In this document: in pieces, positions 38,796 to 48,233 of the stretch
Layout of the letters: every line of letters starts with the position of its first letter
Position numbering within the stretch: the first letter of the stretch is position 1
Assembly (NCBI GenBank): GCA_030524765.1
Contig: JAUNGA010000001.1
Coordinates: 9,544 to 73,543 of the forward strand
DNA length: 64,000 nucleotides
Direction of reading: 5' to 3'
Source of the DNA: Bacteroidales bacterium
GTDB taxonomy: Bacteria; Bacteroidota; Bacteroidia; Bacteroidales; Muribaculaceae
Program-made: the position numbers and the translations under genes
The notes under the pieces: model-generated
Told to the model about the DNA's origin: nothing
The model's database searches: none
What the model saw: only the letters and a program-made list of their open reading frames with translations

Positions 38796-40671
38796 TATCA
38801 AACCGCGTCCACTCGAACTGCTTGCCCCGGCCCGCGATGTCGAGACGGCATTTGCCGCCATACGCCACGGAGCCGACGCCGTTTATATCGGCGGGCCGGC
38901 CTTCGGCGCCCGATCGGCGGCCGGAAACACCATCGACGATATACAGCGTGTGGTCGACTATGCGCACATCTTCGGCGTCAGAGTCTACGTCACGCTCAAT
39001 ACCATCATTTATGAGAACGAGCTCGACGACGTACGTTCGCTCGTCGCCGGGCTCGACCGCATCGGTGTCGACGCCCTTATTGTACAGGATATGGCTTTGC
39101 TCGGCATGGATATTCCGCCTGTCGATCTACATGCCAGCACTCAGTGCGATGGCCGCACCCCCGCCAAAGTGGCCGCATTGTCGGCAGCCGGATTCTCGCA
39201 GATCGTGTTGCCGCGCGAGTTCTCGCTCGATATGATACGCGAGGCAGCCGCGGCAGCTCCGTCGGCACGGCTCGAGGTGTTTGTGCACGGTGCTCTTTGC
39301 GTCAGCTACAGCGGCGACTGCCAGGCCGGCTGGGTCACTCAGGGCCGTAGCGCCAACCGTGGCGAGTGCCCGCAGATATGTCGTCTGCAATATACGCTTA
39401 CAGATAAAGACCGACGGCCGGTGCGGCTGCCCGACGGTTCGTCGGCCACCCGGCACTGGCTGTCGCTTGCCGATATGCGCCGCATCGATTCGCTCGGCCT
39501 GCTGGCCGATGCCGGTGCGAGCTCGTTCAAGATCGAGGGACGCCTCAAAAGCACGGCTTATGTCAAAGAGGTCACTGCAGCATATTCGCAGGCTCTCGAC
39601 CGCCTTGTCGCCTCGGCTCCCGACCGCTATGTGCGCGCTTCATATGGTCGTGTAGACCTGCGCTTCACGCCTGATACCGATGCTTGCTTCAACCGCGGTT
39701 TCACAAGATATTTTCTTCGTCCGGGCGATTCAGTCGGCATTTCGGCTACGCGCTCGCCCAAATGGATAGGTCGTCCCGTTGGGCGCCTTGTCGCTTCCCG
39801 GCCACGTTATATCGTTGTCAGCGCCGATACCGCTCTGCATGCGGGCGACGGTCTGGGCTGGTTTGGCGACGACGGCGTATTCCGCGGTTTCCGTGTCAAT
39901 CGGGTTGATGACGCAGGCCACATCTATCCGGCCCCCGGCTCCGACATACCGTCGCGCCCAGGCACAGAGCTTTACCGCAACCGCGACAATGATCGCGATG
40001 CCATGCTTGCCCGCGACGATACCTCGCTTCGCACGATTGCCGTCACAGCTGTCTTGCGCATGACTTCCGACCGGCGTCCGGTCATCGATCTGACCGACGA
40101 GCGCGGTTGTTCTGTCACGGTGGCGTCTTCAGTCCCCTGCACCGACATTGCCCGCACACCGCAGACCGCTGCACGCCGCGGTCTTATGGAGCGTCTCGGC
40201 GATACCGTCTATCGTCTTGACTCTCTCGACGACCGCTGTGGCGACGCTTTTATTCCGGCCAGCTTGCTTACGGCTCTGCGCCGGCAGGCCATCGGAGCAC
40301 TCGACCGTGCATGGCATATAGCTTACCGTCGCAAACGGCGCATTGCAGGCACTCTTGCGCCTGATGCCTTCGCAGGCCTCGAGCTCACCTACCATGACAA
40401 TGTCGCCAACAGTATGGCCCGCGACTTTTATGAGAGTCACGGTGCGGCTGTAGGGCAGAACGCTCTTGAGGTAAGCCCCCAGACAGGCGAACTGCGGGTG
40501 ATGACCACCCGATACTGTCTGCGTCGCGAGCTTGGCGCATGTCTAAAGGATCCCGCCACACGCGACCGGTTGCCGGCCGGAGATCTCTGGCTCGACGCAC
40601 CGCTCGGCCGGCTGCGGTTGCACTGCGACTGCGCCGGATGCCGTATGCTCGTATCAATAAAAAAATCCTGA
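38785..40671 (+). CDS. rlhA: U32 peptidase family protein with DUF3656 (RlhA-like 23S rRNA hydroxylase)
   Basis: ELLAPA; GADAVYIGG..FGAR; HASTQ; EVFVHGALCVSYSG.C; SANRGECPQICR; FKIEGRLK. Start ATG 38785. Confidence 0.8.
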   Translation: MAADIKPRPLELLAPARDVETAFAAIRHGADAVYIGGPAFGARSAAGNTIDDIQRVVDYAHIFGVRVYVTLNTIIYENELDDVRSLVAGLDRIGVDALIVQDMALLGMDIPPVDLHASTQCDGRTPAKVAALSAAGFSQIVLPREFSLDMIREAAAAAPSARLEVFVHGALCVSYSGDCQAGWVTQGRSANRGECPQICRLQYTLTDKDRRPVRLPDGSSATRHWLSLADMRRIDSLGLLADAGASSFKIEGRLKSTAYVKEVTAAYSQALDRLVASAPDRYVRASYGRVDLRFTPDTDACFNRGFTRYFLRPGDSVGISATRSPKWIGRPVGRLVASRPRYIVVSADTALHAGDGLGWFGDDGVFRGFRVNRVDDAGHIYPAPGSDIPSRPGTELYRNRDNDRDAMLARDDTSLRTIAVTAVLRMTSDRRPVIDLTDERGCSVTVASSVPCTDIARTPQTAARRGLMERLGDTVYRLDSLDDRCGDAFIPASLLTALRRQAIGALDRAWHIAYRRKRRIAGTLAPDAFAGLELTYHDNVANSMARDFYESHGAAVGQNALEVSPQTGELRVMTTRYCLRRELGACLKDPATRDRLPAGDLWLDAPLGRLRLHCDCAGCRMLVSIKKS

Positions 40672-40691
40672 AATACCACTAATCGTTTACC

Positions 40692-41969
40692 ATGAACTGC
40701 AACCGACTGTTTGGCCGTTTATTACTTGCGGCAATATTGTTGACACCGGGCCTTGCACCAGGCCAGACCTCGCTCGACGAGATTCGCGCTACACCCGAGA
40801 AAGCCGGAGGTGTCTATTATGCCTATCCTGTCACGGAGAGCCTCAACACTCCCGCCCCCAAAGGCTACAAGCCGTTTTATATAAGCCATTATGGCCGGCA
40901 TGGTTCGCGCTATCTGATCAGTGACAACGACTACAAGGTGGTGCTTGACCGTTTGCACGATGCGGCCGCGCACAATGCTCTCACGCCGTTCGGTCTTGAC
41001 GTGATGGCGCGTCTCGACACCGTCTGGCTCGAGGCCCGTGGCCGCGGCGGCGAGCTCACACCGCTCGGCAACCGTCAGCACCACGATATCGCGACACGTA
41101 TGTATCGGGCCTTCCCCGAGGTCTTTGCTCCCGGAGCCGATCTCTATGCGTCGTCGACTGTCGTGATGCGTTGCGCGCACTCGATGTTCGCTTTCATCGA
41201 GGGATTGAAAGAGCAGGATCCCACACTCGTCATTCCCCGTGAGTCGGGTCAGCGCAATATGTGCTTTCTCAACTATCACTCGCCCGAATCAGGCCCTTTC
41301 AGCTCGCACGAAGGGCCTTGGTATCAGACCTGGAAACGTTTTCGCGACGCTCAGACCCATCCCGAACGGCTCGTCGCATCGATATTCAGCGACCCTGCCT
41401 ATGTTGCCACATGGGTTGATCCCGACGAGTTTATGTGGCAGATGTATTGGCTCGCCGTCGATATGCAGAATATGGAGACGCCGATAAAATTCACCGATGT
41501 ATTTACCCCTGAGGAACTTTATGATCTTTGGCAGGTGTTCAACTTCAACTTCTTTGCCTGCAACTCGTCGTATGCGCCTGCCGGCGGACATTTCACGGCC
41601 AACGCCAAGAATCTTGCGCGCGACATCATAGCCAATGCCGATGCGTGCATCGCCGACAAGGATGGGCATGGCGCTACATTCCGTTTCGGTCACGACGGCA
41701 ATATAATTCCACTCACGGCTCTGCTCAGACTCGACAACTGCTATACTGACGAGACCGATCCGGCCCGGCTGGCATCTGTATGGACCGACTTCAAGATTTC
41801 GCCCATGGCATCGAATCTGCAGATCATATTTTTCAAAAACAGATCGGGCGACATCATTGCCAAAATCATGCTCAACGAGCGTGAGATAGCATTGCCCCTC
41901 GCCACCGATAATTTCCCGTTCTATCCCTGGCCTGCTCTTCGCGACTATCTCGTCGGCATTTCAGAGTGA
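40692..41969 (+). CDS. Secreted histidine acid phosphatase
   Basis: Signal peptide; HYGRHGSRY; GELTPLG; FRFGHDG; PMASNLQ. Confidence 0.85.
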   Translation: MNCNRLFGRLLLAAILLTPGLAPGQTSLDEIRATPEKAGGVYYAYPVTESLNTPAPKGYKPFYISHYGRHGSRYLISDNDYKVVLDRLHDAAAHNALTPFGLDVMARLDTVWLEARGRGGELTPLGNRQHHDIATRMYRAFPEVFAPGADLYASSTVVMRCAHSMFAFIEGLKEQDPTLVIPRESGQRNMCFLNYHSPESGPFSSHEGPWYQTWKRFRDAQTHPERLVASIFSDPAYVATWVDPDEFMWQMYWLAVDMQNMETPIKFTDVFTPEELYDLWQVFNFNFFACNSSYAPAGGHFTANAKNLARDIIANADACIADKDGHGATFRFGHDGNIIPLTALLRLDNCYTDETDPARLASVWTDFKISPMASNLQIIFFKNRSGDIIAKIMLNEREIALPLATDNFPFYPWPALRDYLVGISE

Positions 41970-41985
41970 TGCCCATGCTTCATGG

Positions 41986-43272
41986 TTAAGAACCCTTTAT
42001 CCGGGATTCGGCACTATAGATTCGGTCGAAAATCTCGCGCAGGCGTTGCCCGTCGGCGATGATGGCATGCAACTGCTTGAGTCGTGTGGCATTGTCGCTC
42101 CACGGTAGACGCACTTTCATGTAGCCGTCGGGCCCGTACTTGTTGATCAGATGGTCTGATGTGCGTTGAAAGTGGCCGTCGCGGTCAAGATGTGGATAAT
42201 TGGCCATACCGTATTGTATCGTACGTCGTATGATAGTCTCGGCGTCTATGAAACGGTCGGCATCTGCCACCACCAGACCGTAATCGCTGCGGGGAGCCGA
42301 TTTGCCTGAGGCGCGATGGTCTTCCACCGCTTCGATCATCACTTTGATCTGATCGGCCGTAAAATGATGCCGTACGAATTCGTCGCGACCAAGTATTATG
42401 CCCGAATCTATATGATGGCGCTCGCGTCCGTTGGCCAGTCCGAGGTCATGAAAGGCAGCTGTCACATATACCATGTCTCGGTTGAGTTGCGGCATGTGTG
42501 CCGCCAGTCTGAGGCTCTGGGTGATAACCATCCTTGCATGGTCGCGGCGATGTGCTTTGTCAAATCTGTCGTAAAGCGGTATGATGTGAGTCTCGACGTA
42601 GTTGGCCACATCGGCGTCGACACCTTCGATCACTGGTTGCAGTGCTGTAAGACTGTCTATCATGATGTCAGGCAGCGATGTCGACAGCTCGTCACGCGAC
42701 TGGTTGCCGTACGTCACCGCGCATGTCGCGCAACGTGCCCTGTGACCCATTTCGATATCAAACACGGCGTCTCCCGCCACAAGAGTCTCGTCGGTCGACC
42801 ATCCGAGACGGTCGCAGATCGTCAGCACAGGATCCGGGGCCGGTTTGCCATGCGCCACATCGTCGCCGCCTACGACCGTCGCGAAGACATCGGCGAGATT
42901 GTATAGCTCTATATATTCGTCGAGCGACCGGTGGCTGCGGCTGCTGGCGATAGCCATGCCGTAGCCCGAGGCGTGCAGCTGTCGCAGTGTGTCGACTACG
43001 CCGTCAAAGCATTGTATGTCAACCGTAAGCTTGATTTTGTCGAATATCCGACGGTAGGTCGAGGCAAATCGATCGCTTATATCTGATATTTCAGGCCATA
43101 TGGCGGCAGGCACATCCTCGAGTCTCAGGCCTATGGTTGCCCTGCACATGGCATCGGTCACCTGCGGCAGTCCGAGTTCGGCGACTGTCGCCTGCATTGT
43201 GGCGACAATCAGCGGTGCCGTATCGGCCAATGTGCCGTCAAAGTCGAATATGATGTTTTTTATCGTCATCAT
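41986..43272 (-). CDS. HAD-family phosphatase (Gph-like) fused to an HD-domain phosphohydrolase
   Basis: FDFDGTLADT; ASSR; KPAPDP; GDAVFD; then AHRRDH, AFHDLG, EDHRAS, DADR. Confidence 0.85.
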   Translation of the reverse strand: MMTIKNIIFDFDGTLADTAPLIVATMQATVAELGLPQVTDAMCRATIGLRLEDVPAAIWPEISDISDRFASTYRRIFDKIKLTVDIQCFDGVVDTLRQLHASGYGMAIASSRSHRSLDEYIELYNLADVFATVVGGDDVAHGKPAPDPVLTICDRLGWSTDETLVAGDAVFDIEMGHRARCATCAVTYGNQSRDELSTSLPDIMIDSLTALQPVIEGVDADVANYVETHIIPLYDRFDKAHRRDHARMVITQSLRLAAHMPQLNRDMVYVTAAFHDLGLANGRERHHIDSGIILGRDEFVRHHFTADQIKVMIEAVEDHRASGKSAPRSDYGLVVADADRFIDAETIIRRTIQYGMANYPHLDRDGHFQRTSDHLINKYGPDGYMKVRLPWSDNATRLKQLHAIIADGQRLREIFDRIYSAESRIKGS

Positions 43273-43281
43273 GACGTGGTT

Positions 43282-45633
43282 TTAGAGCTTGTTGACGGCC
43301 CGTTTGCGCAACAGGGCCTCGAGATAGTAATAATCGGCGTATATTATGGGCACGTCAATCTCGCCGCCGGCAGGCAGATGTCCCGTCGAGTGATCGAGTA
43401 TGAAACCCTCTTTTGCATCGGGGGCGAGCGTATAGTTTTTTGTCAGCGATGCGATCGTGGCATCGGCCCTCGAGCGGTAGCGGGCGGCATCGTCGGGGTC
43501 TGCATACGTGGCCAGCTCGTATAGTGCCGAGGCTATCAGTGCGGCTGCCGATGCATCGCGCGGCACGGCCGCGTTGTCGTTGACGTCTGTTCCGGGCGCC
43601 TTCATATCCCAATAGGGCACGAGGTCGGCAGGCATGTTGGGCAGCGACAGCCACCAGTCGGCCACCTCGCGGGCATGGTCGAGATAACGCCTGTCGCCTG
43701 TGTGGCGATAGCACATCGTATAGCCGTAGATGGCCCAGCCCTGTCCGCGGCTCCAGTACGAGTCGTCGGCATAGCCCTGTGCCGTCACACGCATGCGCAC
43801 ACTGCCGTCTGACGGATCATAATCCACTACGTGATACGACGACTTGTCGGGCCTGAAATGGTTGCGCATGGTCGCATCGGCATGACTCACGGCTATGTCG
43901 TGGAATCTCTTGTCACCGGTAAGTTCGCTTACCTTGAATAGCATTTCGAGATTCATCATATTGTCGATTATCACCGGATAGCGCCATACCTCGGCGTTAT
44001 GGTCCCATGAGCGGATGGCGCCGACCCTATGGTTGTATCGGGTCGCGAGAGTTTCGGCGGCTGTGCGTGTCACGTCGAGATAGCAGCTGTCGCCCGTCAG
44101 TTCCCAGCCTTTGCCGAAGCTGTCGCCTATCATAAATCCGAGATCGTGCGTGCCTCCGTGAGTCTTGCACATCTCTATATCGCGCGAGAAGGCATCGGCC
44201 TCGGCACGCCAGCGCGGGTCATTGGTAAATTCGTACATCATCCACAGTTCACCCGGAAAGAATCCCGATGTCCAGTCGTGGGGATGCACCAGTGTCATCA
44301 CGCCGTCGGCGTCGATCGAGCGCGGACTGACTTTCATGCCCGTCCGGTTGGACTCTTTCCGGCGCTCTGTGCGTACACGCCTGATTGCGTATTGCAGAGA
44401 CCGGCCGGCAAGAACAAACGCATCGTCGACATCGTCGGGCGTATAATACAACAATGTAAAACGGTCAGCCGGGTCAAATATTCTGTATAGTTGATAGGCT
44501 TGTCTGTAGTCGGCGCGGGTGCTGTCGACTGCCGTGCCCGTTCGCCAGAGATCGCGGGCCACGGCTTGCTGCTTGTCCTCCCATCCGCTGATCTGCTGTC
44601 CTGGCCAGTCACCTGCCGGTCTGCCAAGATATGAGGCCAGCAGGTCGAGTGCCTTGTAGAAACTGCGGCCCTCGGCGTCGGTAGATTTGTCAATGCTCAT
44701 GCCGAGTTTCCCGGCCATTATGAATATGTCTATGAGATGGGTGAGATTATATTGCGAATAACCGTATGACAGTGTGCGCCACATTTCGTGGGGCTGGCTG
44801 CCATCGGGCTCGATCTGTGTGAAAATACGTCGTCCGGGCACCTCGCTGATGATGCGACGTGCTATGTCGTCGCGGCCGACATACATCGCGATGGCCGTTA
44901 CCTGGGCATCGTAGGCCGTCGAGTGGTTGTTGGCCTGATTCGATTCCTCTATACCCTGGTCTGACGTGAGCATCCAGTCGAGCATACGCGCAAACCACTC
45001 CTTAAGCCGTCGGTCGTCGGTTGCGGTCCATGCGTTGGAGCCCTCGAGCAGCGCCACGCCGTCGAGCATCTCTACGAACGAGTATCCGTCGAGCACGCCA
45101 TAGCAGCGTCCTTTGTCGCCATTGACGCCCGGCACCATCTGCGCGTACTCAAAGTTGGGATTCATGCGCGTGGCATCGTCGAGAAACCATGTCCGCAGCA
45201 GTTCGGCCGCCTTTACGGCATACCGGCGGTCGTCGCTCAGGTACCATGCCAGTGCGAGCGTGGCGATGCGGTCGGCTGTTTCGCCCAGACGGTTGCGGTC
45301 CCATTGGTCGATTTCTGGATTGGTGATGCCGTCGCGGTTGATATAGGGCCTGCCGTCGGGTTTTGACGGATCGGGATGAAAGTATCGTGCCAGACTCACG
45401 TAGTCGTGACAGTCGCCGCTCGGCGCCGCCTTTTGTTTCATTGTCACCGACAGTGGTTCGACTCCGAGCAGACTGTCGGCGTCGGCTGTCAGGGCGTCGT
45501 AGGCAATGGCATACATCGGCCTGTCGAGGCTGTTCTTCACGGCATCGAGGTGGCCGCGGTTCCATACGGCCTGTGCGCTGACCGTTGTTGTCGCGCACAG
45601 TATCATTGTGATTGTCGCAAGCAGGTTTTTCAT
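43282..45633 (-). CDS. Secreted polysaccharide lyase (Alginate_lyase PF05426, PL38-like) fused to GH88 unsaturated glucuronyl hydrolase
   Basis: N-half: YVSLARYFHPDP..DG.PYINRDG, RMNPNFEYAQ, NNHSTAYD, QIEPDGSQPHE. C-half: WTSGFFPG, HDLGF, IRSWD, IIDNMMNL, WSRGQGW, DASAAA, YADYYYLEAL. Confidence 0.85.
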   Translation of the reverse strand: MKNLLATITMILCATTTVSAQAVWNRGHLDAVKNSLDRPMYAIAYDALTADADSLLGVEPLSVTMKQKAAPSGDCHDYVSLARYFHPDPSKPDGRPYINRDGITNPEIDQWDRNRLGETADRIATLALAWYLSDDRRYAVKAAELLRTWFLDDATRMNPNFEYAQMVPGVNGDKGRCYGVLDGYSFVEMLDGVALLEGSNAWTATDDRRLKEWFARMLDWMLTSDQGIEESNQANNHSTAYDAQVTAIAMYVGRDDIARRIISEVPGRRIFTQIEPDGSQPHEMWRTLSYGYSQYNLTHLIDIFIMAGKLGMSIDKSTDAEGRSFYKALDLLASYLGRPAGDWPGQQISGWEDKQQAVARDLWRTGTAVDSTRADYRQAYQLYRIFDPADRFTLLYYTPDDVDDAFVLAGRSLQYAIRRVRTERRKESNRTGMKVSPRSIDADGVMTLVHPHDWTSGFFPGELWMMYEFTNDPRWRAEADAFSRDIEMCKTHGGTHDLGFMIGDSFGKGWELTGDSCYLDVTRTAAETLATRYNHRVGAIRSWDHNAEVWRYPVIIDNMMNLEMLFKVSELTGDKRFHDIAVSHADATMRNHFRPDKSSYHVVDYDPSDGSVRMRVTAQGYADDSYWSRGQGWAIYGYTMCYRHTGDRRYLDHAREVADWWLSLPNMPADLVPYWDMKAPGTDVNDNAAVPRDASAAALIASALYELATYADPDDAARYRSRADATIASLTKNYTLAPDAKEGFILDHSTGHLPAGGEIDVPIIYADYYYLEALLRKRAVNKL

Positions 45634-48215
45634 AGTTTTCTGATTTTGATTGCAGACAGTGATGTTGTGGCGCCGTCGGCAGCGTTAAACCGCACTTCGA
45701 GCACGCCATTGTCGTCCACTTCGGTCAGGTATCTCTTTTTTACCATGGTTTTCACGCCGGCTTCATTGCCTGGCGCGACATCGCGTTCGACGGTCTTGCC
45801 GTTGATGCTTACATCCATCGCTGTCGCCCTGATGTCGCCCGTGCCGGCGTTGCTGCCCAGCATATAGGCCGACAATGCCGACGGCGATGCAAGATCGGCA
45901 AACGACAGCTCTACTTCATAAGATCCCGGCACGACATCGAACCGGTAGCTGTCGAGATCTACAAGGCAGCGTTGCAGCAGAGGGCCGTCATCGGTCAGCA
46001 TTATTTCGTCCTGGCTCACGGCACGTCGGCCGCCGATATGCCCGTAAAGCGATCCTGATGTATATTGGCGGTCGGGCAACCATGTCAGTCCGCTGTCGTC
46101 AGAACGGAAATAGCATCCCGAGCCGACATTCACGGCCAGTTCGTCTGTGCCGGTGTCTATGCGTCGGCCGTCGTGCCGCAGAGCCTTGAGCCATATTGTG
46201 GCGGCATCGAGCACGGTGCCGTCTTCGGCCGTGAGCACAAGGGTGTTGAGGCCGTCTTTCAGCCCCGCGTCAAATACGGCGGTATGATTCTGCACGGCCT
46301 TTGTGCCGGTCGGTCGGCCATTGACTGTCAGCGTCACGATCGGCAGATTGGTGTATATCTTTACAGGACGTGTCACGCAGCCTGCGCTTCCGGTCAGCTC
46401 GGTACGGTCGGCCCAGTCGCGCACGGCTATGTGCGCCACAGTGTCATTGGCGTTCCATGACGCGCGGTAGTAGTGATAGACGTCTTTGGCCCGTCGTGAG
46501 TTTGTCACCAGACCCTTGTTGTTGATATGTGGCATCGATTCGGCACGGTTGGCCGACGAGAAGTCGATGAAATTCCAGTGTGATGCTCCGGCCACATAGT
46601 CGCGCGACTCGATCACAGGCAGATAGTGCTCAAGATATTTCTGCTGATATTCGATGCTGAAATCAAATGGCTCGGGATCGGGCGAATGCAGACGCAGGTC
46701 TGAGCCGGCGCCGTATTCGCTCACGATGATACGGTGGTCGGGGTGCTCGCTGTGCTGACGGTCGAGAAATTGCTCAAATCCGTCGAGTTCGCCGCCATAC
46801 CATCCCTGATACAGGTTCCATCCTTTGACATCGGTGATGTCTGACAATCCGGCGTCATGATACACATCGCTGCCGTGAAATGCCATGGTGCTCAGCCGGG
46901 TCGGATCTTCGTCGCGCACCGCTTTCTCGAGCCGACGCGCGAGTGCCGTTGTACGTCGCATCGTTTCGTCCCGGTTGTCAGAAGGCATGCGCAACAAGAT
47001 CTCGTTCATGTATCCCCACATGACCACCGCCGGATGGTTGCGGTGCGCGCGTATCATCTCGCGCAACATCGTCTCGCAATTGTCGGCGAACTGTTCGCTT
47101 TCGGGCACATGGTCTATCACAGGTATTTCCTCCCACGCGATCAGGCCCAGCCGGTCGCACATCTCGAGCACGGCGTCATCTTGTGGGTAATGGCTTATGC
47201 GTACAAAATTTGCGCCCATATTTTTGATCATCTGCATATCGCGCCGGTGTTGCTCGTCGCTCAGGGCGGTTCCCATCGGATATTGGTCCTGATGCCGGCA
47301 CATGCCGCGCAGCTTATAGGGTTTGCCGTTGAGTATGAATCGGCCCTTGTCGTCAAATCCGCAGGTGCGGAATCCGACATGGCTCTGGGTGTGGTCGGTC
47401 TCGCGGCCGTCGCGGCTCACCACGGCGTTCACACGATAGAGCGCCGGCTGCTCGGGCGACCACGGCACGATGTCGTTCAGATTGTCGATCGTTATCGCGA
47501 AAGGTGTGCCGCTGTGGCCCTTTATGTCAAATTTTTTGTCTTTACGTGCGATTTCATGTCCGTTTTCATCGGCAATCGTGATTGTCAGCGTTACTTTTGA
47601 CCTTTCGGCGGCATCATTGACCATTGTACCTGTCAGGCCGAGATTCCACGATCCGTCGGCATTCTGTCGCGACACGGCTGTAAACCCTTCGGACGGTCCC
47701 GCCGAGATGTCGAGATGCGTTGCGGGCACGATCATCAGACCGGCGTCGCGATACAGACCGCCCATAAACGTGAAATCGGCCGAGTAGGGCGGAATGTCCC
47801 TGTCGGCATTGTCGACCGTAACACTCAGCCGGTGTGTCCGGCCGGCATTCACATATGGCGTTATGTCGGCTATGTGAGGCGAATATGCACCGATGTGCGT
47901 GGCTACTGTTTTGCCGTCTATGGCTATCGCCGAGCTGTTGGCCGCTCCGTCAAATTTCAGATAGATGCGTTGCCCCTCTGCCGATTGCGGTATCGTGAGG
48001 TCGCGGGTATAGACGCCTGTGCCACGGTGATAATTGCGCGTAGCGTAGGCGTCGGTGTTCCATGAGTGTGGCAGACGCACGCTGACGGCGATCGTGTCGC
48101 GGTCTGATATAAATGACCATCCGTCATTTATCAGGTATGTCTCGCGGGCCGCGACCGTTGATGCGATGGTCGACGCAGCGGCTATTGTGATGAAAAACTT
48201 TGAAATTCCGGTCAT
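45630..48215 (-). CDS. Secreted GH2 glycoside hydrolase, probable beta-glucuronidase with C-terminal malectin-like domain
   Basis: RHQD; NFVRISHYPQ; WEEIP; NHPAVVMWGYMNE; WNLYQGWY; SEYGAG; WNFIDF; INNKGL (N-x-K motif); C-terminal YRFDVVPGSYEVELSFA. Confidence 0.85.
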   Translation of the reverse strand: MTGISKFFITIAAASTIASTVAARETYLINDGWSFISDRDTIAVSVRLPHSWNTDAYATRNYHRGTGVYTRDLTIPQSAEGQRIYLKFDGAANSSAIAIDGKTVATHIGAYSPHIADITPYVNAGRTHRLSVTVDNADRDIPPYSADFTFMGGLYRDAGLMIVPATHLDISAGPSEGFTAVSRQNADGSWNLGLTGTMVNDAAERSKVTLTITIADENGHEIARKDKKFDIKGHSGTPFAITIDNLNDIVPWSPEQPALYRVNAVVSRDGRETDHTQSHVGFRTCGFDDKGRFILNGKPYKLRGMCRHQDQYPMGTALSDEQHRRDMQMIKNMGANFVRISHYPQDDAVLEMCDRLGLIAWEEIPVIDHVPESEQFADNCETMLREMIRAHRNHPAVVMWGYMNEILLRMPSDNRDETMRRTTALARRLEKAVRDEDPTRLSTMAFHGSDVYHDAGLSDITDVKGWNLYQGWYGGELDGFEQFLDRQHSEHPDHRIIVSEYGAGSDLRLHSPDPEPFDFSIEYQQKYLEHYLPVIESRDYVAGASHWNFIDFSSANRAESMPHINNKGLVTNSRRAKDVYHYYRASWNANDTVAHIAVRDWADRTELTGSAGCVTRPVKIYTNLPIVTLTVNGRPTGTKAVQNHTAVFDAGLKDGLNTLVLTAEDGTVLDAATIWLKALRHDGRRIDTGTDELAVNVGSGCYFRSDDSGLTWLPDRQYTSGSLYGHIGGRRAVSQDEIMLTDDGPLLQRCLVDLDSYRFDVVPGSYEVELSFADLASPSALSAYMLGSNAGTGDIRATAMDVSINGKTVERDVAPGNEAGVKTMVKKRYLTEVDDNGVLEVRFNAADGATTSLSAIKIRKL

Positions 48216-48233
48216 GAGAGTTTGTTTTCAGTT

